Origin: Candidatus Sigynarchaeum calidifontis
GTDB lineage: Archaea > Asgardarchaeota > Lokiarchaeia > Sigyniarchaeales > Sigyniarchaeaceae
Direction: 5' to 3'
Assembly (NCBI GenBank): GCA_030587475.2
Contig: JAUQYZ020000243.1
Span: forward strand, 1-39,851
Length of the DNA: 39,851 bases
Under the pieces are notes generated by a model. That model worked only from the letters and a program-made list of their open reading frames with translations. It searched no databases and was not told where the DNA came from. Shown in pieces: positions 8,724-17,803 of this stretch. A program made the position numbers and the translations under genes. Numbering within the stretch: position 1 is the stretch's first letter; each line of letters opens with the position of its first letter.

Positions 8724-10376
8724 ATGGTACAAGAAACCACGAAAATAACCGGCGGGCTCGTGGTCGATGGCTCGGGAGCCCCGGCCAGAAAATCAGACGT
8801 GTTGATAGCCGGCGACGCGATTCAATCGGTGGGCGAATCGATCCCCGAGAAGGGCGATATCATCATTGATGCGACAGGCTTGCATGTCGTGCCGGGCTTC
8901 ATCGACATGCATGGCCACTCGGATCTCGTCATCATGGGGAACCCCCTGTGCCCGGAGAAGATCCTGCAAGGCGTGACCACGGACGTGGTCGGCAATTGCG
9001 GGGTTAGCATCGCCCCGTCGACCCAAAAGTCCATCGAGCTCTACGGGCAAGTGCTCGTCAACGTGATGGGCGGTGATAAAACGCCTCCGATTCCAGATCA
9101 TGAAAAACTCTTCGAAAAACTTGCCGAAATGGGTCATTCCCTCAACATCGCGGCGCTGGTGCCTCAAGGAAACATCCGTGTCTCGGTGATGGGAATCGAT
9201 ACCTCCCCGGCATCCAACGACAAGATGGACGAGATGAAGGCGATTCTCGATCGATGCATGGTCGCCGGGGCGTTCGGGATGTCAACGGGCCTCGTATACC
9301 CGCCAGGGAGCGATACCATGACCAGCGAGCTCATCGAGCTCGCCAAGGTGCTCAAGAATCACGGAGGTTTTTACGCATCACACATCAGGAACGAAATGAA
9401 GGGCGTTATTGATGCCATTGAGGAAGCAATTCGCATCGGGCGGGAGGCTGGCGTGGGCGTCGAGATATCGCATTTGAAGGCGGCAATCAATGACCGTGCC
9501 ACCCCCAAGATGCTCGCGACGATCCAAGCAGCGAGGGACGCCGGGATTGACGTCACGGCCGACATGTACCCCTACACCGCGGGGGCAACGAGCTTGGGAG
9601 CCATCATCTTGCCAGGCTGGCTGCTCGCGAAAAGCGGCCCCGAGCTCACGCGCACGATGATGGATCCATCGACGAAAAAAAGAGTGTACGACGAAGCCCT
9701 CGCCAATTTACTGCGATTCGCCAAGATAAGCCCGGGATTCAGGCATGTCATTCCCCGGGCACTCGTTTCATTCTTTATAGGCATGTTGGCAAAGCGGGTC
9801 ATTGTGACGAAGGTTGGCGTGTCGAAAGAAGGCGTTGCCGGCAAGAGACTCGATGTCATCTTGAAAACGGATCCTGGCCTTGCCAACGAGAAAGGCTTGA
9901 TCGACAAGACGCTTGCCTTCCTCGGCAGGGAACAAGGCGATGTCATGATTTGCATGTTCCAAGAGGACGAGGTGAAGACGCTCATTCCTATCATGAAAGC
10001 GCCATACGTGATGATCGGCACGGACAACATCATCGGCCATCCACGCACGTGGGGCTGCTATCCACGGCTGATCGGCACGTACGTCAGGGACAAGGGTGTC
10101 TTGACACTCGAAGAGGCCATACGAAAGAGCACGAGCCTCCCCGCGAGCCGGCTCGGCCTCGCCGACCGGGGCCTCATCCGGCCGGGATGCAAGGCGGACA
10201 TCGTGACGTTCGACCTTGCCACGATCAAGGACAACGCGACCTACGAGAACTGGACGCTGCCGCCAACGGGTATCAAGCACGTGTTCGTCAACGGCGTGCT
10301 CACGGCGATGGATGGCAAGCACTTGAAGGTGAAAGCTGGCACCGTCTTGAAGAATAAAAAAAGAGGCATCGCTTGA
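8724..10376 (+). CDS. N-acyl-D-amino-acid deacylase (D-aminoacylase family amidohydrolase)
   Basis: Motifs PGFIDMHGHSD, GNCG, STGLVYPPG, ASHIR, ISHLK, IGTD, GHPRTWG. Confidence 0.9.
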   Translation: MVQETTKITGGLVVDGSGAPARKSDVLIAGDAIQSVGESIPEKGDIIIDATGLHVVPGFIDMHGHSDLVIMGNPLCPEKILQGVTTDVVGNCGVSIAPSTQKSIELYGQVLVNVMGGDKTPPIPDHEKLFEKLAEMGHSLNIAALVPQGNIRVSVMGIDTSPASNDKMDEMKAILDRCMVAGAFGMSTGLVYPPGSDTMTSELIELAKVLKNHGGFYASHIRNEMKGVIDAIEEAIRIGREAGVGVEISHLKAAINDRATPKMLATIQAARDAGIDVTADMYPYTAGATSLGAIILPGWLLAKSGPELTRTMMDPSTKKRVYDEALANLLRFAKISPGFRHVIPRALVSFFIGMLAKRVIVTKVGVSKEGVAGKRLDVILKTDPGLANEKGLIDKTLAFLGREQGDVMICMFQEDEVKTLIPIMKAPYVMIGTDNIIGHPRTWGCYPRLIGTYVRDKGVLTLEEAIRKSTSLPASRLGLADRGLIRPGCKADIVTFDLATIKDNATYENWTLPPTGIKHVFVNGVLTAMDGKHLKVKAGTVLKNKKRGIA

Positions 10377-10386
10377 TTCCTACGCC

Positions 10387-11586
10387 CTAAATGAGGTCGG
10401 CAAATTTCTCGAAGATCTTGCCCGGGACGGGTGGCACGCGCCAGATGGCCATTTCCTCGTGGCCAAGCTTTTCGGCTTGCGTGAGCTCGCCATTGCACGT
10501 CTTCACGAGCTTATCCCAGATGAGTTCCCCGAGCTCGTCGATGCTTTGCTTGCCCGTCACGACCCCGCTCGCATCCACGTCGAGATTGATGCCCATGTAT
10601 TCAGAAGTGTTCGGGTTGCCCGTTACCTTGATAGTGGGGCTGATGACGTTCCCCGCGGGACTTCCCCGGCCCGTCGTGAAGATGATGACTTGCGCGCCCG
10701 CCGCCGCGAGTCCCGTCATGGATTCGATGTCGAGCCCGGGCTCGAGCAGCAGCCATAACCCCTTTCCCTTCGGCTTGCCGCCGTACAAGATCATGCCCTG
10801 GATCGGCAATTTTCCTGCCTTGGCTATCGTGCCGAGCGATTTTTCCTCGATCGTCGATAACCCTCCCTTCCGATTCCCGAGGGTTGGCTGCGTGAGACGA
10901 AAATCGGTTCCTTGTCGCTCCATTTCGTCCAAAAAAGCGTGAATCGCGTCCTTGATCAAACGTCCCACGGCATCGTTCACGGCGCGCTTGGCGAGCAGAT
11001 GCTCGGTTCCGACCCATTCCGTGAACTCTGGCAAGATAGACGTGCCGCCCAGCCTGACGATCCGGTCCGACACGATGCCCGTGGCCGGGTTCGACGAGAT
11101 ACCGCTGAAAGCGTCGGAGCTGCCGCACTCGAGCCCGAGCACGAGATGCGAAAAATCGAACGGTTCTTTCTTGAGTTCCGATGCCTCGGACTGCATTTTC
11201 TTGGCGATCTCGATGCCCTTCTCTATGGCCCCAGGGGAACCGCCCCGCACGTCTTGTATATCGAAGCTTTCGACGCGTTTTCTCGATTGCTCGATGCGCT
11301 TGCGGATGATGTCGCTCGTCATGTTCTCGCAACCGAGCCCGACAACGACCGCGCCATAGACGTTCGGATTGGCAGCGCAACCCGCCAGCACGTTCGCGGT
11401 GAATTGAAAATCGAGACCAAGCTGGCCGCAACCGCCAACATTCACGAGTGCCACGGCACCATCGACTTTCTGGGCGATGCGATTCGCCACGTGCTGTGCA
11501 CAGATCACGCTTGGTACGATGGCAATCTTGTTGCGGATGCCGACCGTGCCGTTGTCCCGCTCGTAGCCCATGAACTCATTCTGCAT
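10387..11586 (-). CDS. UxaA/GarD/SuyB-family dehydratase/lyase, large subunit
   Basis: Motifs GYERDNGTVGIRN, GLGCE, LECGSSDAFSG, TIEEKSLG, FTTGRG. Confidence 0.9.
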   Translation of the reverse strand: MQNEFMGYERDNGTVGIRNKIAIVPSVICAQHVANRIAQKVDGAVALVNVGGCGQLGLDFQFTANVLAGCAANPNVYGAVVVGLGCENMTSDIIRKRIEQSRKRVESFDIQDVRGGSPGAIEKGIEIAKKMQSEASELKKEPFDFSHLVLGLECGSSDAFSGISSNPATGIVSDRIVRLGGTSILPEFTEWVGTEHLLAKRAVNDAVGRLIKDAIHAFLDEMERQGTDFRLTQPTLGNRKGGLSTIEEKSLGTIAKAGKLPIQGMILYGGKPKGKGLWLLLEPGLDIESMTGLAAAGAQVIIFTTGRGSPAGNVISPTIKVTGNPNTSEYMGINLDVDASGVVTGKQSIDELGELIWDKLVKTCNGELTQAEKLGHEEMAIWRVPPVPGKIFEKFADLI

Positions 11587-11863
11587 CCTTTCCCGCCACC
11601 TTCATGTACGGCGATCTGATGTTCGAGTGCACCCAGTCGCCTGGTTGAATGTCGCGCTTGGCTTGGCCGATAACCTCGCCATATTTGATGACGAGCTCGT
11701 CCTTCTTGATCAGCTTGAGCGCGAACTTGTGCCCCATGTCGATGTTCTTGTTAATGGTGATCGTCAACACGTCGTCGATCTTCACGGTCTCGCCCTTCAC
11801 GAGGTTTGCCAAGGCCGTTGCGACGTTATCCTTCGGATCCATGATGAGAAACTTGCGTTCCAT
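11576..11863 (-). CDS. UxaA-family small subunit (SAF domain)
   Basis: Motifs DPKDNVATAL, GHKFAL, IKYGEVIG. Stop overlaps the large-subunit start. Confidence 0.88.
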   Translation of the reverse strand: MERKFLIMDPKDNVATALANLVKGETVKIDDVLTITINKNIDMGHKFALKLIKKDELVIKYGEVIGQAKRDIQPGDWVHSNIRSPYMKVAGKDAE

Positions 11864-11966
11864 GTATTCTCGCCCGTGCGCGTGTTCTAATTCCGTACTT
11901 GATTCCATCCTTTGCCCCGCGTAGATTTATATGCCGCGGGTTGGAACGTCCCCACGAGGTGCATGC

Positions 11967-13154
11967 TTGTTGCTAGAATCCATTACCGCTCAAGAGTTGA
12001 AGTCTTTACTCTCGGGCATCCGGTTGCCATGCGCGATGCTTGATCTCGATAATTACAACGCCAATCTCGCGATCATCCGGGATGCCATGAATGCTACAAG
12101 GAAAAAAATGCGGCTTTGCACGAAATCGATTCGCGTCCCGGAGCTGGCGGCATCGATCGCCCGCGAGGACTTCGCCAGTGGGCTGTTCGCGTCCCGGGCG
12201 GCGGAGGCACTTTACTACACGGCGGAGCACGGGGTCAAGGACATCATGGTCGGGTACCCGCTCATCGCCCCGGAGGACGCGCGAGATTTGTGCAAGGCCA
12301 AGAAGGAACACGACGCTGCAATATCGGTCATGGTCGATTGCCCGGCCCAGCTCGAGGTGCTAGAGGCAGCTGCTTCCAATGCCGGGATACATCTTGATGT
12401 CATCATCGATATTGACGTGGCAGACTCTTTCCTCGGGATGAAAGTGGGCGCCCATCGCAGCCCGATACATGACCCCAAGGCCGCGGTTGACCTCGCCATC
12501 CACATCGCAAAGAAATGCCCGCATCTTGAATTCGCCGGTATCATGGGCTACGAGGCGCAGAATGCGTCCATCGGGGACTCGTCCGCGTTCATGCGCTGGA
12601 TCAAGGCACGTTCACGCAAGCATGTCAACGCGCTCAGGGCTGCGGTCGTCGATGCTCTCACGAGTGCCGGGTTCCCACCACGCATCGTCAACGGCGGGGG
12701 ATCTGGCTGCTATCCAGATACCGCTGCGGAACCTTGCGTGACAGAACTCGGCATCGGCTCGCTGCTCTTCAAATCGCACCTCTTTGATTCCTTTCGCGTG
12801 CTGGAGAAATACAAGCCAGCGATGTTTTTCGCTTTGCAAGTTGTTCGAAAACCATGCAACGATATCGTCACAGCCTTTTCAGGCGGATACGTGTCGTCTG
12901 GTGTTCGCGCTCAGCCGATCGTGCACATGCCAGCCGGCATCTCTGCACTCGATAGAGAAGGCTTCGGCGAGGTGCAAACACCCTTGAAATTCGATCCCAG
13001 GAAGCTCCAGCTGAACCCCGGCGACATCGTGCTTTGCAGGTTCGGAAAAGCAGGCGAACCCCTGGAACACTTTAATGAAGTGCTCGCGATTTCGAATGGA
13101 ACCGTGAAAACGAGATATAAAACATACCGTGGCTTAGGTTTGCAATTCTTCTGA
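11967..13154 (+). CDS. PLP fold-type III enzyme (alanine-racemase-like amino acid deaminase/aldolase, DSD1-like)
   Basis: RLCTKSIR (PLP lysine), IMGYEAQ, NGGGSG, EGFGEVQTP, KAGE. GAGGTG RBS before in-frame TTG 11967; start is uncertain (ORF track gives 11931). Confidence 0.82.
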   Translation: MLLESITAQELKSLLSGIRLPCAMLDLDNYNANLAIIRDAMNATRKKMRLCTKSIRVPELAASIAREDFASGLFASRAAEALYYTAEHGVKDIMVGYPLIAPEDARDLCKAKKEHDAAISVMVDCPAQLEVLEAAASNAGIHLDVIIDIDVADSFLGMKVGAHRSPIHDPKAAVDLAIHIAKKCPHLEFAGIMGYEAQNASIGDSSAFMRWIKARSRKHVNALRAAVVDALTSAGFPPRIVNGGGSGCYPDTAAEPCVTELGIGSLLFKSHLFDSFRVLEKYKPAMFFALQVVRKPCNDIVTAFSGGYVSSGVRAQPIVHMPAGISALDREGFGEVQTPLKFDPRKLQLNPGDIVLCRFGKAGEPLEHFNEVLAISNGTVKTRYKTYRGLGLQFF

Positions 13155-13211
13155 ACTCTTGCCTTGCTCGCTAGATCATGTCATGGAAAAAAAAATGGCA
13201 AAAAGACGGGA

Positions 13212-13634
13212 TCAAATCAAGCCCATTAGCATCAGCGGCAGCAAGGTCACGTATATCAACCATTGGACAGTCAAGTACAGCACCAGGGTAACGAGGGCAA
13301 GGAGGATCGCCACGGCCATGCCTCGTCCGAACGAGGTATGATAGGCCATAGAAATAAGCCCTGCATACGCAAGCCAGATGGTAACCAACCCGATAAAATA
13401 CGCAAACGGCTCTGATAGCGCGATCGTCAAGTAAGGCACCATGTACTTGAGGATGACATACCATATCCCAACGCCGATGAGTACCACGAAAAAAGCCCTG
13501 CCAAAACTTCCCGCGTGCCGATTCCTGATGATGCCTTTTGACATCGCGTTCAAGATCGCGGCAATGATGAGGAGTACCACGATCATGATGATGACATCGA
13601 CTATCATCTTGATTTGTTCTTGAGTTAATGCCAT
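13212..13634 (-). CDS. Small 4-TM membrane protein of unknown function
   Basis: Four hydrophobic segments, internal repeat SFGRAF/SFGRGM, GAGGTG RBS. Confidence 0.75.
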   Translation of the reverse strand: MALTQEQIKMIVDVIIMIVVLLIIAAILNAMSKGIIRNRHAGSFGRAFFVVLIGVGIWYVILKYMVPYLTIALSEPFAYFIGLVTIWLAYAGLISMAYHTSFGRGMAVAILLALVTLVLYLTVQWLIYVTLLPLMLMGLI

Positions 13635-13737
13635 GTTGATGACACCTCTATTATAACAACTCGTGTAGCCCAATGAAACCGTAATATTAATTAATTTCGA
13701 GGCAGTTTCGTGGAATTACATTCACGTGGTAATTGAC

Positions 13738-13927
13738 ATGCAATCGCGGCCGGTAGAGATGACGAGAACATTGGAACTCGTAAAACGATTTCTCATGGAA
13801 TGGCATTCCGGGAAAGCTGGCGAGCTACTCGATCGCTTCCCGTGAGCCAACACATGATGTACATAGAAATCGGTGCATCCTTTTTTCGGACATTATCGCG
13901 TGCCTTCTATCACGTGAATACATGGTG
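13738..13927 (+). pseudogene. Possible decayed SnoaL/NTF2-like gene fragment
   Basis: TLELVKRFLMEWHSGKAGELLDRF, then in a shifted frame VSQHMMYIEIG..FFRTLSRAF. Resemblance judged by eye only. Confidence 0.25.
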
Positions 13928-14563
13928 TCAATCTGCTGGATACTTGCCGAAAAACCTGCACAAGTTATACAACTGTGCTTTTGCATGAGGTGAACAGTAA
14001 TCATAAGGAGAGCGATTGTTATCCGAGGAGAAATCGAGCGTGTGCTCGTTCACGTTCCAATGGATATGCGGGAACTCGGAGCCGGGTACAGGAACGAGGA
14101 ACCCGATGCTATCATTTACATTGACGCTTTGAAAAAGATGCACCGAGATATTCTGCATTTGTGCATCGATCACGCTTGGGTTGGTCGTCCATGGTTCGAA
14201 CGCGATGAAATAAGACCACCGCGCGTCGATCGTGACGGTCACGTCAATGATCCAATATCCATTGCTCATCTGATGCTTCGAGATCTGGGTAACCATGCCA
14301 CCCGCGGGGGCGAAAATCTCCGTGGGATTCTCCAGCTTGAAATCGAAGCCGTTGTGCACCTGACCCGTGGAGCGATTATCATGGAACACTTGTATCCCGC
14401 TCACCATGGCGAGATCGTGGACAGGGAGTGTGAATTGTGGTGACGGGGCCGTGTAAACGAGAACTGCGAACACGCCGAAGGCACCAGCCCCGATAAGAGC
14501 CAGCACGAGGAAAGCACGGCCAACCTTCTGCTTGGTTGAAAGCGGGCGCTTTTTCTTGGTCAT
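13928..14563 (-). CDS. Membrane-anchored M23-family metallopeptidase-like protein
   Basis: Basic N-terminus plus TM helix. HNGFD (HxxxD), IFAPAGGMV, V..NDSIG, PHIHW (HxH). GGTGAT RBS. Confidence 0.75.
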   Translation of the reverse strand: MTKKKRPLSTKQKVGRAFLVLALIGAGAFGVFAVLVYTAPSPQFTLPVHDLAMVSGIQVFHDNRSTGQVHNGFDFKLENPTEIFAPAGGMVTQISKHQMSNGYWIIDVTVTIDARWSYFIAFEPWTTNPSVIDAQMQNISVHLFQSVNVNDSIGFLVPVPGSEFPHIHWNVNEHTLDFSSDNNRSPYDYCSPHAKAQLYNLCRFFGKYPAD

Positions 14564-14703
14564 GAACACGAATCACCTAAAGCTGGTTGAACGTTCCATG
14601 TCGATTTCTGGGCCATGCAATGTTAATATGTCGACCTCCCTAAACTTATTTATTCAGATGAGTATCTCTTTCGTAATAGTGCTCGACTTCTGCCGGGAAA
14701 ACC

Positions 14704-15609
14704 ATGCACGCCTTCAATCGTGACCGCACGCTCCAGCCCAGAAGCGTCGCGGCTGCATCGGCAATCGTTGCAGCGGCTTGTGCCTTGCTTTATCTTTCCA
14801 CTGGCCAAGCGTTATTCGGTACATCGGCCTCGATCGCGCTCGCAAGCGCGGGCATCGCTGGTGGTTCTTTTATCGCTAAAGCCCAAGCACGAAAGGCGAG
14901 AAAGCGCGCGATTGCCATAGCGTCCGAGGCCAGGGAAATGACAAAGGCCAAGTTGAAGGAGATCACGCGGCCATCATCTGAACCAAAAAGCGACGCGAAA
15001 TATGAGCTCGCTTACGAGGATCCAGCTGCTATTGACGATTATTTCGCGTTCCAAGAAGCATTGCAAGCAATTTTCCTTATCGACGATGTCACGGGCGAGT
15101 TGCTCACGTCGCTCTATCCCAACGATAACGATCTAGAGTCTGAGGAATGCTGGCTCGTAACGGTCCTGTCTTGCTTCGTGGAGCAGTCGAAAGATTCTCT
15201 CGAGCCCGTCGTGGAAGGTAGCCCGCTGCAACTTGGAAAGTTCTGCGAGCTTGGCCGGCAGTTCCTCGTGTATGGGATCAATCGCGGTTATTTGATCACG
15301 TTCGTCACCGCCGAAGGAACCCCGGTGCCGGACATCGTCCACCGGCGCGTGCAAGGGATCCTCGAACACATCGATGCGATGGGGATCCACGGGCTCTGGG
15401 ACCAGAGCATGGCCGACACCATATCCGCGATATTCGACGAGCATCTCCCGTGGGGAAGCATCGTGGGATATCGCATTCCTGCCGTGGTACTCGACAATCA
15501 CATGGCCAAGCATCAACACCCCGGCGATGACGATTCCATCGACAGCACCGAAGAGATCTTGGATGATTTGTATCAGTTAAAGCAGGCATTCCAATTAGGG
15601 AGGGATTGA
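14704..15609 (+). CDS. Two N-terminal TM helices plus putative longin-like domain
   Basis: Pattern AIFLIDDVTGELL...LSCFVE...FLVYG..GYLITFV...RRVQGILE...WD resembles Asgard longin/roadblock-like domains. Confidence 0.55.
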   Translation: MHAFNRDRTLQPRSVAAASAIVAAACALLYLSTGQALFGTSASIALASAGIAGGSFIAKAQARKARKRAIAIASEAREMTKAKLKEITRPSSEPKSDAKYELAYEDPAAIDDYFAFQEALQAIFLIDDVTGELLTSLYPNDNDLESEECWLVTVLSCFVEQSKDSLEPVVEGSPLQLGKFCELGRQFLVYGINRGYLITFVTAEGTPVPDIVHRRVQGILEHIDAMGIHGLWDQSMADTISAIFDEHLPWGSIVGYRIPAVVLDNHMAKHQHPGDDDSIDSTEEILDDLYQLKQAFQLGRD

Positions 15610-15621
15610 GAGGGAAGGATC

Positions 15622-16398
15622 ATGGCAGACTTTTCTGAACGCATTGCATCTGCAAGCGAGAGGGACGCTTGCGTTCTTGACGTCGACAACCTCGTCGATG
15701 CGATGCGCGGGATCGTGCCAGGGACTGATGATGGAGCGCTGCAATCCATGGCCTTGAAGATAAACGACATCATTCAAGATGAATGCCAGCTCCACAAGAA
15801 GATACTCGTTCCACGGCTATACACGAAGATACGGCGGCGGATAGGTCTCCAGTCCACGGCGGCGCTGCAAGTCATCGAATACCTCGAGAAAAACCATTTT
15901 ATAAAGGACAATTCTACGCTCCTCAAAGCCACGCTCATGGAAAACGGGCGGCGGAAAATCATCTTCCAGGAGATCTCGAGATTTCCCGGGATTTATTTCA
16001 ACCTTCTTAAATCCCGAACAGGCTCCGGAAGCAAGGTTTTGGAGCACCATCTCTCGATACTCATCGAGTTTGGCTACATTTTCGAGGAGTCGATGAACGG
16101 GAAGCGCTGTTTCTTCCCCGCAACAACGTCGAGGGAGGATGCATGGTTTCATTACTTCTTCCAGCTCGAAACTGCGAGAAAGCTCATCGACGTGCTATCG
16201 CAAGCGGGCGATGAACGACTCGAGCTGCAAGAGATCAGCAGGCGTGCTTGCCTTGCATACCCGCTCGTGGCATATCACATGGCCAAGCTGCTCAACAAGA
16301 ACGTCGTCGTGGTGCAAGAATCAGTGGACCGACGAGTGTATGGATTGAGCCGCGAATTTGCCGCATTCGTCAAGCGTATGCATGATTTGGTCGATTGA
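15622..16398 (+). CDS. Tandem winged helix-turn-helix transcriptional regulator
   Basis: RKIIFQEISRFPGIYFNLL...LEHHLSILIEFGYI and a second HTH LQEISRRACLAYPLVAYHMAKL. Confidence 0.8.
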   Translation: MADFSERIASASERDACVLDVDNLVDAMRGIVPGTDDGALQSMALKINDIIQDECQLHKKILVPRLYTKIRRRIGLQSTAALQVIEYLEKNHFIKDNSTLLKATLMENGRRKIIFQEISRFPGIYFNLLKSRTGSGSKVLEHHLSILIEFGYIFEESMNGKRCFFPATTSREDAWFHYFFQLETARKLIDVLSQAGDERLELQEISRRACLAYPLVAYHMAKLLNKNVVVVQESVDRRVYGLSREFAAFVKRMHDLVD

Positions 16399-16614
16399 AT
16401 CTTTCATTGGGCGTGGCGCCCCGTCTTCCGCGAGCAAAGCGTGATCGAAGCTTCCTTCCAGTTCAGCGGCCATAATTATCACTGCTCCTTATTGGTCATG
16501 ATCGCGTTGGTGCGCATGAACTAGTTCCAGGTTTTCATGCATTGGTTTAATTCTGTGTCCCCGGGAAACGCATCGAGAAATCCAACGTCGTATCGTGAAT
16601 CCATTTCCTCGTTG

Positions 16615-17727
16615 CTATGGTTTGAGGAGGAAGAGTATCCATGGTATCACGATGGCTATGATGACGAGCGGGACGACGCAGCAATTGCGGCAAGAGTTTG
16701 TCGGGAGCACGAATCGCCTCGCGAGCTCCAGGATGGCTTTTCTTTGCCGCCATGGTTCCATGTTGATGAGCGGCTCGAGGAGTTCCCTCGAATCGCTCGT
16801 GAGGGCGTCGATGTAGAGCAAGCCGATATCCGAGATCATGGCCGCAAAGAGCGAATACCAGTCCCGTTGGTCATACAGCGACGGGTTGGCATTGTACCCG
16901 CAACCGAGCGGCTCTTTTGGCGGGTGCGCTGCCCACTCGCGGAAGATCAGCCCTTTGAGCTGGGCATCCATCTTCTCCACGTTCGGTCCCAAGGTCTTGT
17001 AGACCGGATCGACGAGCTTTTCGTTGATCGCGCTAACGAAAGCGATCTCCATGAGCCCCGCATGGTGATCCATGTTGATGGCCTCGAGCTCATCATCCGA
17101 CAAGGGTTGCTGGCCGAGCTTCTCGGTATATTTCGAGAAGACTGCTTTCGGGTCGTCCATGTATATGGTCTTGGCGATCCAGTGGTTCGGCGAGAGGATG
17201 CGAACGTCGAGTTTCTTGTACTTCCGCATCACGCTATTCGCCGCCTCCTCCATCGAAAAGGAATGTGTCATGCCATGGTGGACGCTCATGAGCAGCATTT
17301 TCCGGAAGCCGGCCTGCACGAGGCTATCTAACACGCCCTTGCACAGCTCGTAGATGGTTTTTCGCGAGTTGTTGATCGTGCCCGGGTGGCCGCGGTTCGT
17401 CCCCGTGCCGACGGGGATGCCGGGAAACTCGACGAGCGTGTATTTCTTCCCGTCACGTTCCTTCTTGAGCACGTTCTTGAGGAGGTCGATGGCGAGGTAG
17501 CATTCGATGAAATCCGATCCGAGCGGCAGGTACTTGCCGTGGATCTCCATCGGGCTGATCGGGATGAGCACGATGGCCTTTTCCTTGTCCGGCAAGTCGA
17601 TTAACTGCTGAAAATTGATTTTTTCATATCTCACGATGGTTAGATTCTTGTCTTCGTGCATGTACATTGCATCATGCCTGTACAAGTCGATGTGCTCGAT
17701 CGGCACCCCACGAATGTCCGTTACCAT
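16615..17727 (-). CDS. Creatininase-family amidohydrolase with C-terminal TM tail
   Basis: Motifs PISPMEIHGKYLPLGSD, SVHHG, DHHAGLME. Hydrophobic C-terminus. Confidence 0.82.
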   Translation of the reverse strand: MVTDIRGVPIEHIDLYRHDAMYMHEDKNLTIVRYEKINFQQLIDLPDKEKAIVLIPISPMEIHGKYLPLGSDFIECYLAIDLLKNVLKKERDGKKYTLVEFPGIPVGTGTNRGHPGTINNSRKTIYELCKGVLDSLVQAGFRKMLLMSVHHGMTHSFSMEEAANSVMRKYKKLDVRILSPNHWIAKTIYMDDPKAVFSKYTEKLGQQPLSDDELEAINMDHHAGLMEIAFVSAINEKLVDPVYKTLGPNVEKMDAQLKGLIFREWAAHPPKEPLGCGYNANPSLYDQRDWYSLFAAMISDIGLLYIDALTSDSRELLEPLINMEPWRQRKAILELARRFVLPTNSCRNCCVVPLVIIAIVIPWILFLLKP

Positions 17728-17774
17728 CCATCTTCACGGTTTCTAAATGGTATTATTAGGATTCGGTCTTTTCA

Positions 17775-17782
17775 TATAAATA
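17775..17782 (+). promoter_or_regulatory. TATA box in the divergent promoter region
   Basis: TATAAATA about 22 nt before ATG 17804, consistent with a leaderless or short-leader transcript. Confidence 0.5.
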
Positions 17783-17803
17783 GGCATTTTTGAAACCACG
17801 TGG

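Noticed and set aside
16514-16540. GCATGAA...TTCATGC hairpin as a SECIS for the TGA at 15607
   Set aside because: It lacks the apical AA and GA quartet geometry, and the TGA is not in a redox motif. More likely a terminator-region hairpin between convergent genes.
16400-16612. Short minus-strand ORFs (MDSRYDVG..., MAAELEGS...) downstream of the creatininase gene
   Set aside because: No recognisable motifs, and one runs into the wHTH gene.
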